A model generated the notes under the pieces. The model ran no database searches. It had not been told where the DNA came from and saw only the letters and a list, made by a program, of their open reading frames with translations. A stretch of DNA of 61,459 bases, the filler included, from Sphacelaria rigidula (lineage: Eukaryota): assembly GCA_964200075.2 (NCBI GenBank). It is 7 parts of 7 records of this genome, joined end to end, with 100 filler letters (N's around TTAATTAATTAA, not from the genome) between each part and the next. Parts side by side here need not be neighbours in the genome. Positions count along the whole stretch, not along the records: positions 43,973 to 52,666 come from CAXNAA020010362.1; positions 52,767 to 61,459 come from CAXNAA020010363.1; 5 more parts are not named here. One strand, 5' to 3'. The position numbers and the translations under genes are program-made. Positions within the stretch are counted from its first letter, which is position 1; every line of letters begins with the position of its first letter. Positions 49,701 through 61,459 of this stretch are shown here, piece after piece.

Positions 49701-50738
49701 CCGTCGCGATGGCGTAGCAACGACGACCCAATGACCCCGTTTACGACGTGTAGGGATGTGCTCGGGGGAGTCCATCGTGGTTGTGGTCGGAAGTGAGCGA
49801 TAAAAACATGGAGATTCTTAAAAAGAAAAACAAGTATAATTCATGATAAAAAGTCAAGACAACCTGAAAAATCCCAAAATACGGGATATTCCGTCCTGAA
49901 AATGCTCGAAAATAATTTCTGACTTCGTTCAAATGCACATCTCCATAGCTTCATATTCTCTCAGGAATAGCATCGTAGGCACCTCCGTCAGGATATATTA
50001 TCTGCACCTCATAACCAACTTTACTTACGGGACAGGAAGTAAAAGTATACGTGCCATTCCCATGAGTGTAAGGATTCAACTCTTGGGGAAGCTTTTCAGA
50101 TCTTCACGGCGTGAATAATTCCATATTGAGATCAAGTTCAAGGCAGTCTGATGGGCACACTAGTACTCGACGCGACTACAGTACCGTAGTACTCGTTGGT
50201 ACGGTATCGTATATACTTTCAGTAGAGGTGTCGGGGTTTGTCAGCAGTGACCATCACGTGATCTCAGTCGAGCAGCGTCAACATCCAGCGTAAGTTACTC
50301 TCGACTGTGTGCATAGCGGTTGCTAAGGTCGTCCTCTTCTGCTTCAAGTCTTTGCATCGTCAATGTGTCCAGTTCACCCATCATCAACTTCAGATATGTG
50401 GTATCCCTGTTTCCCCGCAAATGCAATGTGATGCGTGCTACATTGATGGTGAATCCAACAGAGACGGTACATACTTGATACGCACTTCCTACTCGCTCAA
50501 GTGTCGAGCACATCAAACACGACGTTACCGCAACCGCTTGAGCAACAGCGCGCACACACAACTCGCCTTCGACAGAAAACCCCACACAATCAGTAATCAA
50601 GCACCAACGCGGAGTCCGAGTGTTCCGTCTTCTCGACGCGTTTCGCGTATGCATACTGTATTTAACAAGTTTCTGCTTCTAATATTTGTGATAAAAATCA
50701 AAACGCTTTGGATGTCTTCGAAGGACTCTTGACCCTCA

Positions 50739-50927
50739 GGCCCTGTTTTAGCACATGAATTTTCGATCGAAATTGTGCGGTGGAAAGCAAAAATCCCGAT
50801 CTGATAGGTCGTGATTTCAACCATCGTTGTTAATTTTGAAGTTGGTTGAAATCACGACCTATCAGATCAGGATTTTTGTTTTCCACCGCACAATTTTGAT
50901 CGAAAACTCATGTGCCAAGACAGGCCC
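50739..50927. mobile_element. PIF/Harbinger (Tourist-like) MITE, near-perfect 189-bp hairpin
   Basis: ~85-bp TIRs beginning GGCCCTGT / ending ACAGGCCC, with a 3-bp duplication TCA at 50736-50738 and 50928-50930. Confidence 0.88.
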
Positions 50928-52666
50928 TCACTGTATCCATACACATGTTCCACATGATTGCGCAAGTCAAAGATATTTCGACACCATCGACAAACCTGAG
51001 GCCCCATGACGTACACGGCAAAAAAAAAAACGGTTTTTCTACATTCCGTGACCTACTGCATAAACAGCAGCAAACAGGCTGAGTGTGTTCCCATTGTTGT
51101 AGCTACTCTACAGAAACAGCACTCGTCATTATCCACGACAGCGCACTCTGTACCAATCGTCTCAAGAACACCCCACGCCACGCTACAACCAACGCAACTA
51201 ATCTACGCCACGTGAGACTCGAAAATGATAGCAACATCACAGTTGAGACACAGGTCGCGAGTCAACTGCTTGCAGAGTTACGCCAGTTCCAAGTAGCGCT
51301 CTTCATCGCTTGCCCACCGGAAGACGTGATCAATCGGACCGAGTTCCGTGCGACTTGTTCAGCCACACGTGTACCACAAAAAACAAAAAACAACACTCGA
51401 AAACGACGCCGTTGGACCTCAGCAGTGCTTCAAAAGTATTGCTGGAGGCAGTCCGGGTTGCTGTGGGATGGACGCCATCGCCCGCGACGTGTGCGTGCAG
51501 GCCTCTCGGATTCTCAATGTCGGGAGACGGATTGAAAAGACATTACCAACTCGATAATTCAGACCCGCGATCGCCGTCACACACCGGTATGTTCTCAAAA
51601 AAATCAAGAAGGGGACAACAGAGAGGTCCTCGACGAAATGAACACAAGTCATGACAGCAATTTTGCCGATGGCAAAGGGGGAAACACATCTCGCACAACA
51701 GTGGTTATACCATGTCTTGCCGCTCGCGAGTATGACCGAACAACCGCGGGGCAAGCGCTGGATACAAACGGAAGGGCTGGTCGCCGGCAGGAGTGTTTAC
51801 CTGCCATCAAGGGATGTAGAGAAAGGAAAACGATTCAGGCATTTGGCTAAAGGTTTCAAAGTCGTGAACTTTACGTGGGATATCGTGTGGCAACACCAAA
51901 ACCATGAAGTAGTAAAAACATCCAAGACATCCCATGTGTCAGTTAGAGACAACGACGGTGTACGTTCTCTGATGGCAAATCTCTCGTTGTCTCGTTACGC
52001 AATCGCCTCAACAACTAGAGGTTGTAATGAACAAAACACGTCGAACTCTGCGAACTTGATGCTCCACCATGGTCACAATTCGTAACGCTCCACCACTCAC
52101 CCATAGCGTGCTCGCGACGAGCCTTCTCACTGGGGATGGCTTTGAAATATTGCCCGTTACCAACCGCTTGTTTGACCCTCAGGGTAGAACATCTGGTTCA
52201 CAGTGACATTTCCAGTCAAAGTTATACCGATCCCACAGACGACCTACCCTGGTGGTGAATGGGTTAATCATTTGACCAACACGACAAGCGATGTAGGTCT
52301 CTAATTCACTCTTGCAAGTAAAAAATGATGCCGATTCAACACACGACCCTATCCTGGCTGTCAATTTGAGCGCCGAGCCTCGTTTCGTTACAAATATATT
52401 CATGTGACAGTAGTTCCGCGGAAAAAGTTCGTATCATATGTCGTCATCCAACATGTGGAACACCACACAGCTTGCTGGTAGGGCAGCAAGCCTATGGGAT
52501 ACGGACATTTTCACGTAGTGCCGGCCAATCAAAAACTATTCTCATTAAGCTTCTTCAAGGAGCGCCATGAAAACTCCACCCCCCTATAGTCATAATGGTG
52601 AAACACCCATGAGGCAGTGTATAAGCCGTGGCTGTCTCGGGAAGTGGCGATACCGGAAAATAAAGC

Positions 52667-52766
52667 NNNNNNNNNNNNNNNNNNNNNNNNNNNNNNNNNN
52701 NNNNNNNNNNTTAATTAATTAANNNNNNNNNNNNNNNNNNNNNNNNNNNNNNNNNNNNNNNNNNNN
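52667..52766. other. Artificial contig spacer
   Basis: N44-TTAATTAATTAA-N44. Confidence 0.98.
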
Positions 52767-54726
52767 CTGGTCCGGCGAAAACCCGGCGTGCTCCGTCCCG
52801 GCATTGTAGGGATGCGAGGTCAATGGTCTGATGACTGTGCATGATCATGAGTACACCCGCCGCCCATCCCGCAGGGTCTCCCTCTAGTCTCTTGATCATA
52901 CGCTCGTGATGATACTTTGCCAGTGTTTTTCCTTTTCCATGATATGGAGGCCGTGTTTCAGAAGGTCAGCGTCAAGATAATCCGCACCTCGCTAGTGCTG
53001 GCGCCGAAACTTGGGGGATGTTTAGATTTGTACTACAGGGAGGTGTCACAGGCACATCCGTAGCCGCGTAAGGCGCTAAGAGCCCGGTCTGCGTCGAAAC
53101 GATGGATATCAGCGGTGACAGTACATATCTATATATTTTTTCGCACTTCCTGTCTTATGACCATTATACTGGGTACGATATCGGTCGGGTCCGCAGGCTG
53201 CAACGGATCCTGTCGGCCTAATCAACAATCTTTGCCCAGCTAGGGATGAACGTCCGCAGAAACCCAGCAAGTAAGCATCGTTTGTGCTCCGTTTTACCTC
53301 GGAGGGTCGGGGGTAAACGCTCCCGGTCCAAGTCGCTCGAGAGGCAGGGTTGAGCTTCTGTCGCGCGACCACTGCGTTCTGCCACAAACCCTTGCCGGTG
53401 TACCCGACAAGGGGGCAAGGTCCCCGTACAGACTGTAGCAATGCTAGCGTATCCAAGTTGCTGATAGTCTGGCAGCCGGCAAGGTGGTTGTATTGGTGTT
53501 CTTTCAGCGATATCAACGTACAGTGCACTCGGGGGAGTTTTTACGTGAATATTTTGGCGATTGCCCCTCTTACATTTCGCCTATGTGTTGTGGTTTCTTT
53601 CACTATCTCACCGCGTCAGAATATATGTGGAAATGTACCACGCCCTTGGCATAATATTTCGACAGTCAGTACGTATACGATGCAAAAAAGTGTACTGGAC
53701 ATGGTATGGAACCCATGGCTGCAATTTGCGTGATACACACATCTGTAGTCGGTAGCTGCACGCACTACACTTTGAGACTGTGTAGAAATCTCCACGGTTT
53801 AAAATGTTGCAGGCGACTATCGCGCCATAGCGATTGTGGTTCTGTACAGCTTCGCTCAAGATATAGGCAGCAATTTCAGCGGCGGAAGCGACCTCTCACT
53901 TGTGCGTGCGCCACCTATGACAAACGTAGGCTTCGCTGCAACACGGACAGCTGCACAAAATTTGGCGTAGCGACGTAGGGCGTAGCGAGGGGTGATATCC
54001 CATTTACACGTTGGCCGCAGTACAAGCTTCTGCGTTCATTTTGTGACGAACTGCATAAAACAGCAGGGAATCAATACAGCACGGGAATAGGCTGAGAATG
54101 GGACGTTTCTGCGGTGTCCTATGTCACTCTGCACCCTGCCGCTCTGCAGTAAGCAGATAGTACCGCCCAAGGCGTCACTGCTTTGATTGGTACGCAGTGC
54201 CAAACACAGACAACAAGCAGTATACTGCATATATGTGTTTCAAGACCGATGCGCACAAGGTGGGGCCCGCACCTAGAGAACCCTACACCAGCTTCGCCCT
54301 GTTCTAGCGTATGCAGACATATTACCAGCAGCAACCGCTTGCGATATGTGTTGCGACGGATCTCGTGGGTGGTTCAACTTTCTCCACCGTGGGGGGTTGC
54401 CCGTGAAGCCAGCTGTTGATGCTGACAGTGCCCACCCCTCTTCACACGAGGACCTTCTCTCTGACCACGAAATAATGGAAACTGCGGAACATGCTCGATC
54501 TGCAGGAACGTACACGTCTCCCAGTGAAATGCCTCCGTATTATGGAAAATGAATGACGGTGTTGTGGTGTCGGATCACCGCGCCCGTCTACAGCACCACG
54601 TGTTGACTGTTGTTGTCTTTGTCCCCCGCGTTGACGTTTTATGTCCTCTTTATTTTTTTTTCCCGTCGCATTATGTCACAATAAAGTGTTACACGCAGAA
54701 TTTTCACGTGTCCATTTTCATGAACC

Positions 54727-54896
54727 GGTTCAAAGGTGGCCACGTGACAATTTTCAATCCCGCCGTACGGTTCAAAGATGGTCATGTGAGGGTCGTGTCC
54801 AGTTCCTCAACGGTCACGTGACATCATTATTTTGTGCCGTTCGGTATAAGATGGGCACGTGAGACTTGCGCCTTGTTTGAGAGATGGTCAAGTGAA
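54727..54896 (+). repeat. Array of five degenerate ~22-bp repeats (GGTTCAAAGATGGTCACGTGA-like) with non-repeated spacers
   Basis: Copies start at 54727, 54769, 54801, 54843 and 54875. Confidence 0.75.
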
Positions 54897-55145
54897 AGCC
54901 TGCCCTGCACGACAAGAGGGACTTTTTGGTGAAGGGGATGGCTCAAACCTCCGCCCCTTTGGTGATGTAGATTTGTTGTTGTCAGTCACCTATATGTCTT
55001 GATATGGTCTGACGCCTGAACGTACCTCCCCTGCAACCGTGGGATCGCTGAATCATGCCTCGTTGTGTTTCTCTCGCTGATTCTCTGGCCCTGCACTGCG
55101 GTTGCTCCTCGTTGTTGTTGATGCTGCCGCTGTTGGTTTTCTCAG

Positions 55146-58100
55146 ATCACCGCGCCAATCGGAGTGCTGCTGATTGTCTTCGAGTCACGGCCGGACTCGC
55201 TCCCGCAAATCGCATCTCTTGCGATACGCTCGGGGAACGGACTGCTGCTGAAGGGAGGGAAAGAGGCAGAACACTCCAATGCCTGCCTGCACAGGTGAGC
55301 GAAGCCAAGGCGCGTGCAGGGTTGCATGCCCGGCGCTGTGTTGCCAGCTTTTCTGTGTATCTGGTTACAATCGTGCAGTTTGTCGATATCTTTGAGATTT
55401 TTTCGCCACTACTGTACGTACAACGTGGATGTCGGAGGAAACATAAGGCATACCGTTTGTATGTTGGGTGTTAATTGCAGACGTTCTGGATTCATGATCA
55501 CTATTCTCCAAATTCTCTCATGATCATGGTAGTGGTGGTAAAAGTAGTAGCAGCAGCAGCAGCGGTAGCAGTATAATCATTGATGCTATTTATATTTTTT
55601 TCGTTGGTATTATGTGTGATCAACTCATGCACTTGCACTGCACGTGTGCAAACGAACAAGTTGCTTTTTTGTTTTTTCCCCCTGCGAATCTCCCATCGCT
55701 ATCAAAAAGGATTATTGTAGATGCTATGGCGGAGGGATCCAAGGGCCGTGTCCCGCGTGACTGCATCGGTCTCGTCACCTCTAGAGCAGCAGTCGCCGAG
55801 CTCCTGAAGCTCGACAACCTTATCGATCTCGTCATTCCTAGAGGATCCGGCAAGCTCGTGAGCTCCATCAAGGCGTCCACCAAAATCCCGGTGTTGGGCC
55901 ACAGCGAGGGAGTGTGTCACGTGTACATTGACAAGGCGGCGGATCCTACCAAGGCAGCCGATATTGCGGTGGATTCCAAGGTAACGTACATTTTTAATTG
56001 CTTCAAAGTCAACACTCCCCCCCCCCCCCAAAAAAAAAAAACAAAATAAAAAAAAAAAAAAACACAAGCCATTTTACAANNNNNNNNNNATGGGTTCCAC
56101 ATTTTTCGGTAGTTCCCAGCAAACCTACATTTTTAATTGCTTCAAAATCCACACACCCCCCCCCCCCCCAAATAAAAATAACTAAATAAGATAAAAATAA
56201 AACCCATGCCTTTTTGCCACGCTGATGGTGGATCACCATGTATGTCAACGAGGGCAGAAAAAGTGCAATAGCTAAAGTGGATACACCCACCCCCTATTTC
56301 AGTCAAAAGTGGGCACACCCAGCCCAAATTTGTATCCAAAGTGGGTACAACCACCCCTATTTCGACCAAGGTGGGTGGACGTGAACGCGAAAGTTGGAGC
56401 TGCCCGTGCTAGACCGAAAACCACTCAAAAATCAATCACAATGCGAACACGACGCACCAAAAGCCCAAGAAGAGCCCGTACACCAACTTTCGCAAGAAAA
56501 AAAGGCTCGATTAGGTCCAAACAGCACAGCGGGGCACCACGGTCTCCAAGAATACCCTCTTTTGTCGAACAATTGGGGTCGGGGCACCCACCGTCAAACA
56601 CTGTTGATCGTACGCCCCCTTTGTGTTTTAGACCTACTTTCTTCCAAAGTATACCCACGTTTGACCACCATCGAGTTTTACCGTCATCGTCCAACCTATC
56701 ACACAGCACAGAATCGAACAGCCGAAGAACGTCTCTAATGCTTCTCTTTACCTCGTTCTACGGTCTGGCGACAGGAGACCTCGCCGTCGGTGTTTCCTCG
56801 GGAACCGTAGGCAAGTACCGTACAGAGCGTACCACCGGTATCTACTGGGGTATCCCATACCGTGGGACGCGTGGGTATGGTAGGTATCAGTTTCGAGAAA
56901 ACCTGATTGAGCGGGTACGGGAGGTATTGAAATATCGAAATACCGTGTTGGAGTATGTGTCGTAGGTATGGCATTTGAAAATACCTGATTGGGCGGCTAC
57001 GGGAGGTATTGGAATCTCGAAATACCGTGGTGGAGTAGGTGTCGCAGGTACGACTTTTGAAAATACCGGATTGAACCGGTACCGGGTACTTACCTTCCCT
57101 ACGATGCCTGTGGTGTTTTCCACCCGACAAAGAAAATAATTCTGAGGGGTGATTGAAACACTGCACGGCCGATGTGCAGCGTGTGCTCAAAACGGCACCA
57201 AGCTGCCAAGTTGAGGAACACGGCACAGCAAGTTGCCAAGTTACGGAACACTACAGCACACAAATATGTCCTCGACCATGATTTTCCTTGCACTAATTGA
57301 TGCTGGTGCGGCACCGCTCGCCCCATTGCGCGCGCCCTGTAGGGCGAGCTGCCTCGATATGCTGGTGCGTGGCACTGTTTTGCTGAGTGATCGGTGTAGG
57401 GTGTCCACAGCCGTTGGGTTCCGTAACTTGAAAACTTGCTGTGCCGTGTTCATCAACTTGGCAGTTTGTTGGTGCCGTTTCGTGCACACACCGCACATCG
57501 ATCGTGCAGTGTTTTTCAATCACCCCGCAAGGATCCCTACTTTGTCGAGTCGGAAACACCGACGGCGGAGTGTCCAGTCGCCACAACATGGAAAGAGGTG
57601 AAGGAAGCGTTGGAGACGTTATTCTGTCATTCGATTTTGCGCCGTGTGGTGGGTTAGGCAGTTACTGTGATGTCCGACGGTGGTTAAACGTGGGTATGCT
57701 TTTAACGGAAGTGGGTCCAAAACACAAAAGGGGGTGTAAGATAAGCATGGTACTTGGCGTCGGGTGCACCGCTTCCATTTTCCGACACAAGAGGGTATTC
57801 TGCGAGGCCCTTGTGCTCGTGGTGCTGTTTGCCCCTGTATCGCGATTTTTTCGCGAATATTGGCGCGCATGGTCTTGTTGGACTGTGGACGTGTCACCTT
57901 TACGGCGGGATTGATTTTTTCATGGCTGTGGGCCTGGCACGTGCAGGTCCAACCTCTGCGTTCTTCTTCACCCACTCTTCCGCCTGAAAGAGGACTCGGT
58001 GTACCCACTTTTGTCTATTGCCCATGAAGAGCTGCATATTGTACAGGGAGGGTAGTTGATTGGTGCATGACGACGAAGCATAATATTTCTTGTCTTTTGT

Positions 58101-60758
58101 GTGTCAAAATGGATCGAGTGATGTTTTCTGTGATGGCAAAAGGACTTTGATTCAAATGCGGTGGGTTTGTAGGTCACTGCTTGAACTTATATCGGAAAAC
58201 TATTTGCGGCGGTGACCCTGAACGCCGGTGTAGGACCCCAGCGCTGAAAACGAAGAGCTACGCTCTGTTGGCGAACACCATTTTAGCCCGTGTGTGATAC
58301 ACCACGAGGGTATTTCTCGTGATTCGGTTTTCATGATGGCAATAGCAGGGCAGGAAAAATCCGCACATGCCTTGCGTTCGATAGACTACTGTCTTGTACT
58401 GAGTGGCAGTGAACCATTTCACCCCGAGGTCTCTTTTGGGAACATTGAACAGCTCTACAAACATGCTGTATGGAAAAATGATGGGTTGGATCCTGCCCCC
58501 TGGTTGAAGGAAATAAACGATGACACAAGCCGTGTGGAAAAATGTTACATGTTTATATGTATATGTATGCAAAACAGGTGAATTACCCTGCGGCATGCAA
58601 CGCAGCAGAGACGATACTGGTACATCAAGACCTGCTGGAGGACGAGGGCAAGACGTGCGCCAAGGTAAAATAGCCTTGGTCAACACAAATATGTGATCTC
58701 TTGTGTTTCCATTTCAGTTCCGGATGGTATTGTGAGGCCGTTAGTCTGTGAACGGTACACCTTGGTGTTTTCGCCGTGAAGAGGTACTATTTTGGACCAC
58801 GTGTGTGAAGTTCAAGAAACGCGCCACCAACACCGTTTTCACTCGGAATAATTCAGGCACATCAGTTAGAGATATGCGCTGCAACCGTTCCTTAAAAACA
58901 AAACAAAAAAAGAAATGTGTTCTCGCCTTGTACGGCCATGGGCAAAAAAGCGTCCTTTGACCGAAGTACGTCTCACCCTCGGTAGATTAGATTTCGAGAG
59001 TTACCTTATCTGGAGTGCCCTGTCCACCTCTTTTGGGCGGGTCCAGACAGCCTGCAGTACTTCATGTAGTCAGCGCATGGACTACCCGAGCCTCCAACAG
59101 CAACCATGGCATCCGCGGACGCGAGTCGTTACCGGATCATTATTTGCTGCCCACCAAACACGACGGTCAAATCTGGCGTGCCTCTTCCGGGAATAGTTAT
59201 CTGAGTGTATACGCTTCCAACGCCGACCGAGTGGTTGGCGTTCTCGGCGGTTTTGTGTCGTCGATCCGCAGCTTTCCCCCTGATGCATCAATGGGTCAGG
59301 GAGATGAACGGTTCACTGTTCTCTCGTGTCAAGCACATCATGGCATCACCCTGCACCCCTCTGCCGACTCGCGAGAGATGGTGGCTGTGTTACTCTGGTC
59401 TTGCTTTGCTTTGTGCTGCTCGTGGCAAGCCGTGGGTTGTCGGTAGATTCCGTAAAGACGGTGCGTGTTGTTATTGTTGTTGTTATTGTCATTCTTTTTT
59501 TCATTGTTGGTGCTGGTGCTGGTGTTGGTGTGTTTGTATCTTACTCCTGTGTTGTGTCATGTTTGGTGTTGCATCTGGTCGTATCTCTGTATCTATTGCA
59601 GCGTGTGTTGACTGCGCTGCGTCATACCCACACGACATTTTTCGTTTCCTGCAACGCCCCCCCCTCGCAGGTGCTGGACGCGCTGCAGGCCGCAGGTGTG
59701 CTGGTGCTAGGAGGTCCCCGAGCGATGGGGCTAGGGCTCGTCACCCAGGCATCTCCAGGATTCAAGACGGAGTACGGTGAGGCGGGCAGTACGTCTCTAG
59801 TGGTGGTTCGTATCCCGGTATATTTAGGTTTCGTTTCGTGTTCCAGGCGTCCCAGGGCCCTCCAGATCGCGCAGTGCTTTGCCGAGCACTTGTTGTTTTC
59901 GTCGTCACTCCCCTCCCCCGTGGGAGAGTTGATGCTCTGTGGGTTGTACGGACTTGAGGGGTTTTCTCAGCGTTACGCCGTGTGCCTAAGCGGTGGGCAT
60001 GCAGCGTGTGTTATCCTGACACCAAAAATGTTGGAATGAAGTTTGAGCTGGTTTCAGCGACAACTTGGAAGTTGGCTCCTTCGTGGCAGAAGTGGCTTAC
60101 ACCGTCTCCGTCTCCGTTTCCGCCCCCCCCCCTCACGGGAGACCACCATGAAGTTAAATATGGCGCGAACACCAGCCTCACATGACCCGACCCGACCCCG
60201 ACCCTGATCCTAACCCTGATCCTGACCCAAAAGAAATGCAGAACATTAACGCTTGGGCATTGGGAGGGGGAGGGGCGTACTCACTTGTTGCTTGCCCTAG
60301 TCGTTTGACCGTTGACCACGCATCCCTTGCTAGACGGGGCGTGACGTGGTGGTGGTGGGAGGGGGAGGGGGGTCCATACTGCTGGAGACAATCGCAATGG
60401 CAGGAATGAAGTACAATATGGTATCATGACGAGGCTTTCTTCGTCCCGCTTGAGTCAATGATGGATGATGTACGTATTTTCTACGCCAACCCGGCGGTTT
60501 CCGGTGGTTTGGTAAGAGAAAAAACTTTTCTGGTTTACTGTGCATACAGGGGATCTTACGGTGACCTTCGAGGTGGTGGACAGCGCACAAGCGGCCATCG
60601 AACATGTAGAGACGTTCGGCTCCAGCCACACGGACACCGTGGTGACAGAAGACGAGTCCGTGGCGAAGCATTTCATGGAGGCCGTGGACAGCGCCTGCGT
60701 GTTCCACAACGCCTCCACCCGCTACTCAGACGGGTTCCGTTTCGGCCTTGGCGCGGAG
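55146..60758 (+). CDS. P5CS: Gamma-glutamyl phosphate reductase domain (ProA-like; probably bifunctional P5C synthase), partial. Exons 55146-55294, 55710-55980, 58578-58664, 59671-59776, 60550-60758
   Basis: [67 protein letters not shown] (catalytic Cys); [35 protein letters not shown]. All junctions are GT-AG and phase-compatible. The kinase domain is not visible in this contig. Confidence 0.95.
56304..58013. mobile_element. ~1.7-kb fold-back (long-TIR) element in a P5CS intron
   Basis: Termini CAAAAGTGGG / CCCACTTTTG; arms pair throughout, e.g. AGAATACCCTCTT with AAGAGGGTATTCT, and AACACGGCACAGCAAGTT with AACTTGCTGTGCCGTGTT. Confidence 0.85.
56797..57112. mobile_element. ~315-bp element nested in the left arm of the fold-back
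   Basis: Absent from the right arm; imperfect TIRs; flanks GTGTTTC / GTGTTTT; internal 81-bp-period duplication (56906-56970 and 56987-57051). Confidence 0.7.
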
Positions 60759-61004
60759 GTGATGCGTTGTTTCCGTTCCCATCATCAGTGTGATTTTGCA
60801 AAATAAAATATAATAACCCCACTGAAAATAAGATCTCGAGTATTCGGTGAACACCAGACAAAATAATCAATGCCATGAAGCATGCCACGACAGGTGTATT
60901 GCTGTTCGTGCTGGAAGGTCCTCGGATCATGGTCGTGCGCGTTGGCTGTGATCAGCAAATCGGGCCAGGGGGTCTGTCTTGACCCTTTGGGAACCCATTG
61001 ACGA

Positions 61005-61079
61005 TATTTGTTTTTGTGAATCGGCATCACTTTGAGTTGAAAATGAATGAAAATGATGCCGATTCACAAAAACAAAATT
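61005..61079. repeat. Short hairpin repeat
   Basis: TTTGTTTTTGTGAATCGGCATCA pairs perfectly with TGATGCCGATTCACAAAAACAAA. Confidence 0.85.
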
Positions 61080-61459
61080 TTTCTGTGGACCCGAAGGTTA
61101 ACTTTGATTCACCTATTTGGATTTCTTCTTTATCTTCTGCGTCCTACGTTCAACCCCCCGCCCCCCATCCACCTGGCATGCATTAGACTAGCGAAAATAC
61201 GTTTTGGTGGCCACAGACGGCGGAACAGGATATGCAAAAGGTTCGTGTGTAATGTATGGAACAAAAACGTTATGGGCGCGCCTGATTGTTGAAGGTGTCT
61301 CTATCGGGAGTAGGAACGGCGCTTCGTCTCGAAAGGGATGCGTGGTCAATGGTCGAACGACGAAGACAAGCAACAAATGAGTACGCCGCCGCCCCCCCCC
61401 CCCCCCCCCCCGCCCCCCCCCCCCCCTTCACCCTGCACTCCTTTCCCATCCCCGCACCC

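Noticed and set aside
54727..54896. CRISPR array interpretation of the repeat-spacer pattern
   Set aside because: Repeats are degenerate, spacers are only 10-20 nt, there are no cas genes, and the context is eukaryotic and intronic.
55981..56220. Apparent tandem duplication after a P5CS exon
   Set aside because: The two copies flank a 10-N gap and homopolymer runs; most likely a gap-closing or low-quality read artefact.
56309..58027. ORFs of 130-220 aa with mutual similarity on opposite strands
   Set aside because: Explained by the inverted arms of the fold-back element; no protein motif.
17591..61459. Functional cluster of WSC, ATG3 and P5CS stress genes
   Set aside because: They lie on separate contigs joined only by length-ordering.

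Overview
Eukaryotic, intron-rich, repeat-rich DNA, most consistent with a brown alga (Phaeophyceae; an inference from WSC-repeat expansion, long GT-AG introns, TTAGGG repeats and a heterokont-type targeting peptide). The window is not one locus. It is seven apparently unlinked contigs of 8695/8695/8694/8694/8694/8694/8693 bp, ordered by length and joined by an artificial 100-nt spacer (N44-TTAATTAATTAA-N44). Contig 1 holds degenerate intron-containing hAT-like transposase sequence, with N- and C-terminal halves on opposite strands plus a head-to-head paralog of the N-terminus. Contig 2 holds a decayed Ty3/Gypsy pol with a chromodomain-like region and an extra Tudor-like tail, plus the PPT and LTR of a probable second element. 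Contig 3 holds a multi-exon WSC-repeat gene, telomere-repeat-carrying MITEs and fold-back elements. Contig 4 is a dense MITE/palindrome cluster with a candidate plastid-targeted gene start. Contig 5 is the 5' part of ATG3 with an RTE-like LINE in an intron. Contig 6 holds repeat and probable hAT remnants. Contig 7 holds five exons of the glutamyl-phosphate reductase domain (P5CS/ProA), a 1.7-kb nested fold-back and a helically phased CACGTG-core repeat array. No CRISPR array, rRNA or convincing tRNA was seen. All calls are by eye, with no database searches.
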